From assembly GCA_905216155.1 (NCBI GenBank), contig CAJMSU010000003.1, forward strand, positions 6,300-70,299: DNA of 64,000 nt, read 5' to 3'. Made by a program: the position numbers and the translations under genes. Positions within the stretch are counted from its first letter, which is position 1; the number at the start of each line of letters is the position of its first letter. The DNA is from an uncultured bacterium. Lineage in GTDB: Bacteria; Bacillota_I; Bacilli_A; RF39; UBA660. The notes beneath the pieces were generated by a model. The model ran no database searches, was not told the DNA's origin, and saw only the letters and a program-made list of their open reading frames with translations. Below, piece after piece: positions 8,327 to 17,746 of this stretch.

Positions 8327-8818
8327 ATGACACAAGATAAAAAAAGTATAAAAATAATAATAGGAATGTTTATATTACTAGTTATAATTATAGTACCACC
8401 AGTATTAAGAACACTAATTCCTAAAACAAATACAATTGTTACTAAACAAAAAGAAGATATAATAACAACTCTTACATGTACTAAAGGATTTAAGACAGAA
8501 AATATTATAGAAATAGCAACTATCACATACAAAAACAATGAACTTCTATCAAACAAAATAACTTATAATAAGGTTAATACAATAGATCAAGAAAACAATA
8601 TAAATAGCATTTTACCATCACAAGAAATAGAATTTTTCAAAGGAGTTAATGGTATTAAAATAGAAGAAAATGATGAAAGTACCACTGTTATACTTGATAA
8701 TAACCTACTTGCAAACAATCAATCTAACAGTACTTTAAACAATTACTTACTAAACATAAATGAAGAAAAAACATATTATGAAAATCAAGGATATACATGC
8801 AAAAAAGAGGCTAACTAG
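8327..8818 (+). CDS. Membrane-anchored secreted protein, paralog-like to 5176..5700 (DUF1307-like)
   Basis: N-terminal TM anchor, own promoter and RBS. Shares Cys-Thr-Lys/Arg after the anchor, an I.E.....YK core and a C-terminal G-x-T-C with the 5176 lipoprotein. Confidence 0.5.
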   Translation: MTQDKKSIKIIIGMFILLVIIIVPPVLRTLIPKTNTIVTKQKEDIITTLTCTKGFKTENIIEIATITYKNNELLSNKITYNKVNTIDQENNINSILPSQEIEFFKGVNGIKIEENDESTTVILDNNLLANNQSNSTLNNYLLNINEEKTYYENQGYTCKKEAN

Positions 8819-9209
8819 TCTCTTTTAATTTTTTATAAATATTACTCTTAGTATGATATATTTTTTTACATTTTATTCTTAAATCTTTTTTTATTTTGTC
8901 ACTAGTATCAAGATTAGTTATTATAAATCTTGTTTTATCTAAATATATTTTTTTACGTGTTTTTTTAACTATCTTTTTATATGCATTTTCTAATGTATTG
9001 GCATCATCATAATAATATTGATATTTATAATTAATTCCTTGATCATCTTTTATTGGAATTATCTCTCTTAGATATACTGTATAATGATCATCTTTATAAC
9101 TAACACCAATCCCTTCAACAATAGCCAAATTATTTAATTCTACATAATCAGGAATATTAAAGAAAAGAGAAATAACAATTAATGTCATAAATAAAATAGA
9201 ACGTCTCAT
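8811..9209 (-). CDS. Truncated Ger(x)C-like germination protein (N-terminal domain only, no lipobox Cys)
   Basis: VELNNLAIVEGIGVSYKDD matches the start of GerAC-family proteins, but the ORF is 132 aa against about 370 aa. Its ATG shares one nucleotide with the GerxA stop. Confidence 0.5.
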   Translation of the reverse strand: MRRSILFMTLIVISLFFNIPDYVELNNLAIVEGIGVSYKDDHYTVYLREIIPIKDDQGINYKYQYYYDDANTLENAYKKIVKKTRKKIYLDKTRFIITNLDTSDKIKKDLRIKCKKIYHTKSNIYKKLKETS

Positions 9210-10606
9210 TATTTATATCTACCCCTTATAAAATTTTTTGTAAGATACGAATTTCTAAATTTTGTATTAGAATCTTTTTTTATAATAGAATCCAATATTT
9301 CCCTTTTATCAAATGGAATAAAAGGTGATAAGTAGGAATATCCATAGCTCTTAATAGAAAATAATTTAGTCATTAACATTATTAATCCAATAACAACACC
9401 ATACATTCCAAAAAAAGCTGATAAAAATAGAATAAATATTTTGTAAAATCTAATAACATTAACTAACTCATTTGATGGAAAGATAAGACCTGCTATAGAA
9501 GATATGGCTATGATAATTATCATAATAGGGGAGACTATTCCAGCACTAACAGCAGCATCCCCTAAGATAAGACCACCCAAAATAGAAACAGCCGATCCAG
9601 TAGTTGCAGACATTCTAATATCAGATTCTTTTAATATTTCAAAAGCTACAATCATAAATAGTGCTTCTATATAGGCAGCAAAAGGTACAAAAGTTCTACC
9701 TGATTTTAAAACCATTAATAGCTTCATAGGTACTAAATTATAATTTCTTGTTGTAATTGATATATATAAAGCAGGCAAAAATATAGCTATTAAAAAGGCA
9801 AATGCTCTAATAATTCTAATAAACGTAGTATTAAAATCTTTTTGATAATAATCATCTACTGTATGAAAAAAATCTACTAAAAAACTTGGTAAAATTATAG
9901 CATAAGGACTCATATCAGTAATAATTATAATTTTACCCTCTAAAAGTGACATAGAAGCCTTATCTGGCCTTTCAGTAAGCGTAACAGTTGGAAATAAATT
10001 TTTTTTATTTTCAAGAGTATTCTTTAAATAACTTGCATCTATTATTCCATCTATATTAATCTTTTTTATATCAGAAACAATCTTCTTTACAAGATTATCT
10101 GGTGCTATTGAATCCATATATAAAATACCAACCTTTGTTTCTGTATACCTACCAATATTTATACTTTTAACTACTAAATCACTACTTTTAATTCTTCTTC
10201 TAATAAGTCCAACATTAGTATTATAATTTTCACTAAAAGCATCCTTTGGACCAGTAATAGATAGTTCACTTTCAACAGTAGCAATACCCCGATCTAAATT
10301 TTTTTTAACTTCTATTGCATATATCCTTTGACATAAAATAATCAAAAATCCCTTATTAATATAATTAACTATTTCCTCTTTTTTTATTGAAATTATATTT
10401 ACCTCTGGCAATACATTTTCAAGTTTAGCTAAATTTCTGTATTTAATAGATAACAATTTTTTAAGAGTAAAATTATTAATTGAATCACTACTACATAATA
10501 CCTCATTATATATTAAATATATTTTTTTCTTATTTATACTAACTACCTTAAATTTATAATCATCACTTTTTCCTAATCCTTTTTTTATTTTTTCTACCAA
10601 AAGCAT
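9209..10606 (-). CDS. Spore germination protein, GerA (A-subunit) family
   Basis: 465 aa. A soluble N-terminal half plus a C-terminal block of about five TM helices. The GRYTETKVGILYMDSIA region is typical of GerAA/GerKA. Confidence 0.85.
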   Translation of the reverse strand: MLLVEKIKKGLGKSDDYKFKVVSINKKKIYLIYNEVLCSSDSINNFTLKKLLSIKYRNLAKLENVLPEVNIISIKKEEIVNYINKGFLIILCQRIYAIEVKKNLDRGIATVESELSITGPKDAFSENYNTNVGLIRRRIKSSDLVVKSINIGRYTETKVGILYMDSIAPDNLVKKIVSDIKKINIDGIIDASYLKNTLENKKNLFPTVTLTERPDKASMSLLEGKIIIITDMSPYAIILPSFLVDFFHTVDDYYQKDFNTTFIRIIRAFAFLIAIFLPALYISITTRNYNLVPMKLLMVLKSGRTFVPFAAYIEALFMIVAFEILKESDIRMSATTGSAVSILGGLILGDAAVSAGIVSPIMIIIIAISSIAGLIFPSNELVNVIRFYKIFILFLSAFFGMYGVVIGLIMLMTKLFSIKSYGYSYLSPFIPFDKREILDSIIKKDSNTKFRNSYLTKNFIRGRYK

Positions 10607-10656
10607 AATATCACCATTATTATTATGAGTAATTAATTTATTTATATGTAAAAAAA

Positions 10657-10665
10657 TGTTATAAT
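10657..10665 (+). promoter_or_regulatory. Extended -10 promoter (TGtTATAAT)
   Basis: TGTTATAAT is followed by AAAGGAGGTG and the GTG start at 10683. Confidence 0.45.
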
Positions 10666-10682
10666 GAAAAGGAGGTGTTAGT

Positions 10683-11903
10683 GTGAAGTGTGTAATTAAT
10701 AACTTAGATCATTATGGTAGAGGAATAGCAAAAATAAATAATAAAGTATGTTTTATAGAAAATGCCTTACCAGGTGAAATTGTAGAAATAAAAATAACAA
10801 AAGATAAGAAAAAATATTTAGAAGCAAAAGTAACTAACTATTTAGAAGTATCAGATAAAAGAATAAAAGAGAAATGCCCTTATTTTGATATTTGTGGTGG
10901 CTGCAATCTACTTCACATAGATAATGAAGATGAAAATACCTTTAAAGAAAAAAAAGTACATGAATTAATAGAAAAATTTACAACTATCAATGATTTTTCA
11001 TTTAAAAATATTAGTAGTAATAAAGAATATAATTATAGAAATAAAGTTGTATTTCATGTTAAAGATAAACACTTAGGATTTTATAAAAGAAAAACCAATG
11101 ATTTAATAGAAATTAATAATTGTCTATTACTATGTAATGAAATTAATAAACTTATACCAATTTTAAAATCATTAGTAAAACTAGCTGGTAATGATATAAC
11201 GACAATTACTGTAAAAATTGGTAATATAACAAATGAAACTTTAATTGATATAAAAGGAAAAGTAAAAAAATATGATATTTTACTAGATATAGTTGATGTT
11301 TTAATTATAAATAATAAATGTATTACTAAAAAAAGTTCTATTATATCTATAATTGATAATAAAAAATATTTAATCTCAGCTAACTCATTCTTTCAAATTA
11401 ATAAGTATGAAACTAAGTATTTATATGATGAAGTATTAAATATAATTAAATCGAAAAATGCAAAAAATGTACTTGATTTATATTGTGGTACAGGAACTAT
11501 TGGAATATACATAAGTGATTATGTAAAGTCTGTTATAGGAATTGAGGTTGTAAAAGAGGCAATAGATGATGCTAATAAAAATAGCAAATTAAATAGTTGT
11601 AATAATATTAACTTTATTGCTGGAAAAGTTGAGGATATAATTCCAACTATAAATAAAAAAATTGATACTATTATTATGGATCCACCAAGAAGTGGTATTG
11701 ATAGAAAAACTATTGATAATATTTATAGAATTAATCCTGAAAATATTATATACATATCTTGTGATCCAGTAACACTTTCAAGAGATATAAATATTTTAAA
11801 AGACAAATATAAAATAGAATACATTCGTCCCTTCAATATGTTTCCTAAAACTTATCATGTGGAATGTATTTCAGTACTACATCGAAAAAACTTTGAAAAA
11901 TAA
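10683..11903 (+). CDS. 23S rRNA (uracil-C5)-methyltransferase, RumA/RlmD-type (TRAM + Fe-S + SAM MTase)
   Basis: N-terminal TRAM-like domain, Cys cluster CPYFDICGGCNLLH, SAM motif LDLYCGTGTIG, DPPRSG, catalytic ISCDP. GTG start with a strong SD. Confidence 0.8.
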   Translation: MKCVINNLDHYGRGIAKINNKVCFIENALPGEIVEIKITKDKKKYLEAKVTNYLEVSDKRIKEKCPYFDICGGCNLLHIDNEDENTFKEKKVHELIEKFTTINDFSFKNISSNKEYNYRNKVVFHVKDKHLGFYKRKTNDLIEINNCLLLCNEINKLIPILKSLVKLAGNDITTITVKIGNITNETLIDIKGKVKKYDILLDIVDVLIINNKCITKKSSIISIIDNKKYLISANSFFQINKYETKYLYDEVLNIIKSKNAKNVLDLYCGTGTIGIYISDYVKSVIGIEVVKEAIDDANKNSKLNSCNNINFIAGKVEDIIPTINKKIDTIIMDPPRSGIDRKTIDNIYRINPENIIYISCDPVTLSRDINILKDKYKIEYIRPFNMFPKTYHVECISVLHRKNFEK

Positions 11904-12131
11904 ATTTGTGAATATATCAAATACTTGCAGAGAAAATAAATAGTATATACAGTAGCAAATACTGATGGAACAGGATTTAAGGATGAAATTTAATTTAAGT
12001 GAATGTATAACTAAAGTAGATTGGATGAAATATATTTAAACAAATAATATTACTAGGTAAATATATAAGAAACTAAAAAAGCAATAAAAATATAATATAT
12101 AAAATAAATCATAAACAAATTAGGAGTAAAT

Positions 12132-13028
12132 ATGAACAATAATTTTAAAGTTGCAATTTTACAATTAAATGGAAGTAATAATTTAAATGAATCTTTAAAT
12201 AAAGGTATTAAATCATGTAAAAGGGCAAAGAAGATGGGTGCCCATCTAGCAGTATTTCCAGAAATGTGGAGTATTGGTTATGAAATGCCAAATAGTAATG
12301 AAGATTTAAATAGTTGGTTAGAAAAAGCAATATCAGAAGACAGTTATTATCTTCTAACATTTAAAGAACTAGCCAAAACGTTAAATATGGCCATTGCTAT
12401 AACATTTCTTGAAAAAACAAAAAAATTACCAAAAAATTCTGTAATTATATATGACAGATTTGGAAATAAAATTTTAAAATATTCCAAGGTCCATACAGTT
12501 GATTTTAAGATGGAAAAATATACAGAACCTGGAACTAAGTTTTATGTTCAAAAACTAGATTATGGAATAGGAAAAGTAAACATTGGTGCTATGATATGTT
12601 TTGATAGAGAATTTCCAGAAAGTGCAAGAATATTAATGTTAAAAAGTGCCGAAATTGTACTAGTACCAAACGCTTGTTATATGTCAAAAATAAGACTAGA
12701 TCAACTAAAGGTTAGAGCATATGAAAATATGATAGGAATAGTAACAGTTAATTATTGTAATTATGGAGGAAAATCATCAGCATTTACACCTGTTGTAAGA
12801 GATGAAAATAAAAAGGAATTAAATAGTGAAATTCTAATTATGGATGAAAAAGAAGATATTCAAATAGTAGAGTTTAATTTAAATGAAATAAGAAATTATA
12901 GAAAAAGAGAAAATCATGGAGATGCATATAGAAAACCATTTTTATATAAATATATAAGTGAAAACCATGTTAAAGAGCCATTTATAAGAAAAGATTCAAG
13001 AAGAAAGTTTAAAGGAAAAATTTTATGA
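12132..13028 (+). CDS. Carbon-nitrogen hydrolase (nitrilase superfamily)
   Basis: E-K-C triad contexts FPEMW, KYSKVH, AMICFDREFPE. Confidence 0.8.
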   Translation: MNNNFKVAILQLNGSNNLNESLNKGIKSCKRAKKMGAHLAVFPEMWSIGYEMPNSNEDLNSWLEKAISEDSYYLLTFKELAKTLNMAIAITFLEKTKKLPKNSVIIYDRFGNKILKYSKVHTVDFKMEKYTEPGTKFYVQKLDYGIGKVNIGAMICFDREFPESARILMLKSAEIVLVPNACYMSKIRLDQLKVRAYENMIGIVTVNYCNYGGKSSAFTPVVRDENKKELNSEILIMDEKEDIQIVEFNLNEIRNYRKRENHGDAYRKPFLYKYISENHVKEPFIRKDSRRKFKGKIL

Positions 13029-13456
13029 TAAAAGAAATAAAAAGTATAGAAGATGCTAATACTTGTGATGTTTTACTAACAGAACTTATACAAGATGAAA
13101 GAAGGTATAATAATTTAATAGATGAAAACTATATAGTAAAAAATCATTTTAATCAAATGCTAAATAACAAAAATATTAAAATATTAGCTTATTATTTAGA
13201 CAATACAATAGTTGGATATATTCTAATTAGAAAAATAAATAATTATACCTGTCTATTAGATGGATTATATGTTTTAAAAGAATATCGAAATAAAAAAATT
13301 GGTACCAAATTATTAAAAGAAGCACTAAAAAAATGTAAAGATTTTAATGTTAAATATGTTGATATTTCTGTCATGGAAGAAAATAAAATAGCTAAAAGTA
13401 TGTACAAAAAAATGAAATTTAATGAATACGAAATAAAACTAAGAAAAGAAATATAA
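13025..13456 (+). CDS. GNAT family N-acetyltransferase
   Basis: 143 aa. Acetyl-CoA motif YRNKKIGTKLLKEAL. ATGA overlap with the upstream gene. Confidence 0.7.
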   Translation: MIKEIKSIEDANTCDVLLTELIQDERRYNNLIDENYIVKNHFNQMLNNKNIKILAYYLDNTIVGYILIRKINNYTCLLDGLYVLKEYRNKKIGTKLLKEALKKCKDFNVKYVDISVMEENKIAKSMYKKMKFNEYEIKLRKEI

Positions 13457-13527
13457 AAAAATTAAAGTTTATTATGTTTGTAAAGGTTGATTTAAATATC
13501 GACTTTTTTTATACAAAAATTAATATA

Positions 13528-13544
13528 TGTATAAATTTTATACA
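13528..13544. promoter_or_regulatory. Near-perfect palindrome TGTATAAATTTTATACA, candidate operator upstream of oleate hydratase
   Basis: Inverted half-sites TGTATAAA/TTTATACA. An extra TATACA half-site lies at about 13510. A TetR gene lies just downstream of ohyA. Confidence 0.3.
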
Positions 13545-13681
13545 TTTATAAATTAGTATATTAATAATTCCCCAAAATATGGCAATAATACTAATTGTAT
13601 TACATCAAAAAAACATTGTTTATTGTTGTTATTTTTTAAAGTAGTATAATTTATTTGTTAATAATATAGGAGGGATTAATT

Positions 13682-15472
13682 ATGTATTATGGAGCTGGAA
13701 CATATGAAGCATTTGCTCGTCCAGAAAAACCTAATGGAGTTGATAAAAAATCTGCTTACATAATAGGTACTGGTCTGGCAGGCCTTTCAGCAGCATTTTA
13801 TTTGGTAAGAGATGGCCAAATGAAAGGAGAAAATATTCATTTACTTGAAAAACTAGACTTAGCCGGTGGATCTTGTGATGGTAGAAAGGATATCACAAAA
13901 GGATTCTATATGCGTGGTGGACGTGAAATGGATAATCACTTTGAATGTATGTGGGATATGTTTAGAAGCATACCTTCAATTGAAACACCAGATGTATCTG
14001 TTTTAGACGAATATTATTGGTTAAATAAACATGACCCTAATTATTCATTATGTAGAGCAACAGTAAATTGTGGTGAAGATGCCCATACTGACAAAATGTT
14101 TAAGTTAGATAAAACATCAGCTATGGCTTTATCAAAACTTTTTATTACACCAGAAAAAGACCTAGAAAATAAAAAAATATCTGATGTATTACCAGAATCA
14201 TTCTGGAGTACCAATTTTTGGTTGTATTGGCAAACAATGTTTGCTTTTCAAAGATGGTCTTCAGCACTAGAAATGAAAAGATATCTATGTAGATATGTTC
14301 ATCATATAGATGGTCTACCTGATTTTTCTGCACTTAGATTTACTAAATACAATCAATATGAATCAATGATTTTACCACTTACAAAATATTTAGAAGATCA
14401 CGGCGTAAAAATTGAATATGGTATTGATGTTAAAAATGTTATAATCGAAAATCAAGGAACTAAAAAAATTGCAAAAAAATTAATATATAAAAAAGGAAAT
14501 AATGAAAAATCAATTGATCTAAGTGAAGATGATCTAGTATTTATAACAAATGGATGTTGTACTGACACCTCATGTTATGGTGATCAGAATAACGCTCCAG
14601 ATTTATCAAAAATAAAAAATGGTTATGGTGAATCATGGGATATGTGGAAGAATATAGCAAAGCAATCTAATACTGGTGAATTTGGTAATCCAGATAAATT
14701 CTGTAGTAACGTAGATAAAACCAATTGGATGAGTGCCACAGTTGCAGTAAACGATGAGCGTATAATTAAATGCATTATGAATATTTGTAAACGTGACCCT
14801 AGAGAAGGTAAGGTAACAACAGGTGGAATAGTAACAGTTAAAGATACTACAGATAATTGGTATTTATCTTGGACTATTAATAGACAACCACAATTTAAAT
14901 CTCAAGATAAAAACACTGTATTAGTATGGCTATATGCTCTTAATACTAATAAAAAGGGAAATTTTATTAAAAAGCCTATTAAGATGTGTACCGGTATGGA
15001 AGTATGTGAAGAATGGTTATACCATATTGGTTTTCCTAAAGAAGAAATTGAAAAGTATGCACAAAAATGTAATACAACTACTTGCTATATGCCATATATA
15101 AATGCATTCTTCCAACCTAGAGAGAAAAAAGATAGACCATTAGTTGTTCCAAAAGGATCCATTAATTTTGCCTTTTTAGGACAATTTGCAGAAACTCCTA
15201 GAGACACAATATTTACAACAGAATATTCTATTCGTACTGGTATGGAAGCAGTATATACACTATTAAATGTAGATAGGGCAGTTCCTGAAGTATGGGGAAG
15301 TAAATATGATGTAAGAGAATTATTAAAAGCCTGCTATTATGCTATCGATAAAAAATCAATTGAAGATATACCATTATCATTTGTAGAAAAACAACTTATA
15401 AAATTGTTAAAGAAAAAAACAGCCAGAACAGATATAGAAATTCTACTTAAAGAAAGTGGTTTATTTAAATAA
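13682..15472 (+). CDS. ohyA: Oleate hydratase (MCRA family, FAD-dependent)
   Basis: 596 aa. The N-terminus YYGAGTYEAFARPEKP...AYIIGTGLAGLSAAFYLVRDG is characteristic of myosin-cross-reactive-antigen oleate hydratases. Confidence 0.9.
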   Translation: MYYGAGTYEAFARPEKPNGVDKKSAYIIGTGLAGLSAAFYLVRDGQMKGENIHLLEKLDLAGGSCDGRKDITKGFYMRGGREMDNHFECMWDMFRSIPSIETPDVSVLDEYYWLNKHDPNYSLCRATVNCGEDAHTDKMFKLDKTSAMALSKLFITPEKDLENKKISDVLPESFWSTNFWLYWQTMFAFQRWSSALEMKRYLCRYVHHIDGLPDFSALRFTKYNQYESMILPLTKYLEDHGVKIEYGIDVKNVIIENQGTKKIAKKLIYKKGNNEKSIDLSEDDLVFITNGCCTDTSCYGDQNNAPDLSKIKNGYGESWDMWKNIAKQSNTGEFGNPDKFCSNVDKTNWMSATVAVNDERIIKCIMNICKRDPREGKVTTGGIVTVKDTTDNWYLSWTINRQPQFKSQDKNTVLVWLYALNTNKKGNFIKKPIKMCTGMEVCEEWLYHIGFPKEEIEKYAQKCNTTTCYMPYINAFFQPREKKDRPLVVPKGSINFAFLGQFAETPRDTIFTTEYSIRTGMEAVYTLLNVDRAVPEVWGSKYDVRELLKACYYAIDKKSIEDIPLSFVEKQLIKLLKKKTARTDIEILLKESGLFK

Positions 15473-15547
15473 ATTAAATATGAAATATTTATATAATTAT
15501 ATTTATTTCATATTTTTTTTAATGTATAATATTTAATGGTGATAATT

Positions 15548-16111
15548 ATGAGTAGTTTAACAACAAAAAAAGCAATTGCATATACCTTTAAAGATTTGCT
15601 AAAAGAAAAACCATTTAATAAAATAACCATTAATGATATAGCAAGAAAAAGTGATATTAATCGTCAAACTTTTTATTATCACTTTCAAGATATAAGAGAT
15701 TTAGTAGAATGGATATTTATAGAAAAAGTAGATACTATTTTAAACAATAAAAACGAGTACGAAAAATGGGAAGATAAGTTTTTATCAATTTTTGAGATTT
15801 TAAAAGAAGAAAAAGTTTTTGTTACAAATATTTATCATTCTGTCTCAATAGAAATATTAAGAACTAATTTATATAAATTAGTATATCCAATTATGTATGA
15901 AGAGATAATAAAAAAATCAATCGGGAAAAATTTATCTGAAGAAGATGAAGTATTTATAACTAATTTTTACAAATATGCTTTTGTTTCCATAGTTCTAGAT
16001 TGGGTTGAAAAAGGAATGGTTGAAGATCCAAAATTAATTGTTTCAAAAGTTAGTAATCTTGTGACCGGTACAATTGATCATGCATGTTCATCTGTTAATG
16101 ATAAATTATAA
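15548..16111 (+). CDS. TetR/AcrR family transcriptional regulator
   Basis: HTH region ITINDIARKSDINRQTFYYHFQD. ATG 15548 has GGTGAT 4 nt upstream; the track start 15536 sits too close to the -10. Confidence 0.8.
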   Translation: MSSLTTKKAIAYTFKDLLKEKPFNKITINDIARKSDINRQTFYYHFQDIRDLVEWIFIEKVDTILNNKNEYEKWEDKFLSIFEILKEEKVFVTNIYHSVSIEILRTNLYKLVYPIMYEEIIKKSIGKNLSEEDEVFITNFYKYAFVSIVLDWVEKGMVEDPKLIVSKVSNLVTGTIDHACSSVNDKL

Positions 16112-16149
16112 TTTGACATGATCTAAATATATATTTTGTATGGCATATA

Positions 16150-16185
16150 AAAACTTATTTCCATTTAATTAAAGAAATAAGTTTT
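16150..16185. terminator. Bidirectional terminator between convergent genes
   Basis: Perfect 12-bp stem AAAACTTATTTC/GAAATAAGTTTT flanked by A and T runs. Confidence 0.7.
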
Positions 16186-16210
16186 ATTTTAAAATAATTT
16201 ATTTATTATA

Positions 16211-16882
16211 TTACAGTTCAATAAATTTAGATAAATCATAATAAGTTCCATCTATTTTATATGCAATAGCAGTATATTTAGCTCCAACACCATCTTCTGG
16301 AGTTATTGCAATATTATCAAATTTTACAATTTTAGAAACTCCTGAAATCTTATGAAGTTCATAATTTTGAGAGTTATAAACATCAGAATACTTCATATAT
16401 TCCAGTGAACCATCATCTAATAAAAACAATAATACACCACCATTAACATGATCACCACTAAATATACCAAAAAACATTGATTCAACTTTTTTATCAAGTT
16501 TTAAATCAATATCTTCAAGATATTTTACAGAATTATTAATTATTTGTTCTTCACTATATTTTCCAGGAAACATAGTATTATAGTTTGCTTGAACTTTTAC
16601 AACTTTTTCATCTGTTGAATCAATTGAAAATGATAAACCATTAGCATCAGCAGATAGTAAAATTTTATTAATTGTATTATTACTAAAATCATTATTTATA
16701 CATTTTTTCTTATCAAAATTAATTACTTTAATCGAAGATTCATAAGACTTACCATTTTCTGAATGATTTACTGTTTTTTTATTAGAGTCATTATTATACC
16801 AGATATAAACTCCCATAGATATTACTAAAATTAATAGTATTATCGTTATAATTATTAATAATTTGCTACTTTTTTCTTTCAT
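16211..16882 (-). CDS. Membrane-anchored hypothetical protein
   Basis: ATG 16882 (MKEKSSKLL, then a TM helix) follows AGGAGG. The upstream ATG 16918 lies inside a TGaTATACT extended -10 (16909-16917). Confidence 0.5.
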   Translation of the reverse strand: MKEKSSKLLIIITIILLILVISMGVYIWYNNDSNKKTVNHSENGKSYESSIKVINFDKKKCINNDFSNNTINKILLSADANGLSFSIDSTDEKVVKVQANYNTMFPGKYSEEQIINNSVKYLEDIDLKLDKKVESMFFGIFSGDHVNGGVLLFLLDDGSLEYMKYSDVYNSQNYELHKISGVSKIVKFDNIAITPEDGVGAKYTAIAYKIDGTYYDLSKFIEL

Positions 16883-16983
16883 TATTATTTTTCCTCCTAT
16901 CTTACAATAGTATATCATATTAGCAATTATTAGAGTAATATTTGCATTAAATAAACATTAAAATATGTAAAATAGACATTGTT

Positions 16984-16992
16984 ATGATATAA
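16984..16992 (+). promoter_or_regulatory. Extended -10 promoter (TGaTATAAT)
   Basis: TTATGATATAAT upstream of the 17059 gene. Confidence 0.4.
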
Positions 16993-17058
16993 TCAAATAA
17001 AATAAATAAGAGTATATTATTATAAGATTATTATTTAGTAGTAAAGGATGTTGGCAGT

Positions 17059-17697
17059 ATGAAAAATATGTATAAAAATTATTTAAATAAAAATCATTCA
17101 TTTGATAGAAAAACTCTGATTGGAATATTTAGTTTAGTAATTGTAATAACAGGTATTTTTGGCTTTTTATATGAATTTATTTTCTATTACTTTAATGGTG
17201 GGATGCAAAAATGGTATTGGCGAGGTGGAAATTTTCTTCCTTGGATAAATATATATGCAACAGGTTCTATTATGATATATTTATTAACTTATAAACATCG
17301 CAAATATCCTTTAAAAGTATTTTTAATAAGCTTTTTTACAACAGGTATTTTAGAATATTTTTCAGGACTTGGTATGTATATATTAGGAAATGGAAAAAGA
17401 TGTTGGAATTACAATCAAGAAATTCTTAATTTTGGTAATATAGATGGCTTTGTTTGCTTAAGAAGTGTCCTATTTTTTGGACTTTCTAGTTTACTTTTAA
17501 TGTATATAATAATTCCAATTTGTTTTTACTTAGCTAAAAAAATGAACAAAAAATTATTTTTAACTATCAGTATTTCCCTATGTACTATTATTCTAATAGA
17601 CGAATTTTATAATTTATTAATCTCTAGAATATTTAAATTACCAAGAGCCTATGATGTTTATAAAAAACTTGGCTTTAATTATGTTAGATTTAAATAA
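17059..17697 (+). CDS. Polytopic membrane protein (putative ABC-transporter type IV / PF06541-like)
   Basis: Five to six TM helices. GILEYFSG...CWNY pattern recalled from this family. Confidence 0.45.
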   Translation: MKNMYKNYLNKNHSFDRKTLIGIFSLVIVITGIFGFLYEFIFYYFNGGMQKWYWRGGNFLPWINIYATGSIMIYLLTYKHRKYPLKVFLISFFTTGILEYFSGLGMYILGNGKRCWNYNQEILNFGNIDGFVCLRSVLFFGLSSLLLMYIIIPICFYLAKKMNKKLFLTISISLCTIILIDEFYNLLISRIFKLPRAYDVYKKLGFNYVRFK

Positions 17698-17746
17698 ATT
17701 TTGACAGTTTAAAAAATATAGCTATAATAATTAAAACGGTGATATT

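Noticed and set aside
11904-12131. 228-bp gap upstream of the nitrilase-family gene as an ncRNA, riboswitch or gene remnant
   Set aside because: There is no stable extended structure or known motif. Only an 18-codon ATG ORF (MKFNLSECITKVDWMKYI) with weak signals is present, which is too little evidence.
13026-13028. Possibility of Mollicutes-type genetic code (TGA = Trp) given the extreme AT content
   Set aside because: Trp is encoded by TGG throughout conserved motifs. TGA terminates the nitrilase-family ORF in a typical ATGA overlap, and no conserved gene is interrupted by TGA.
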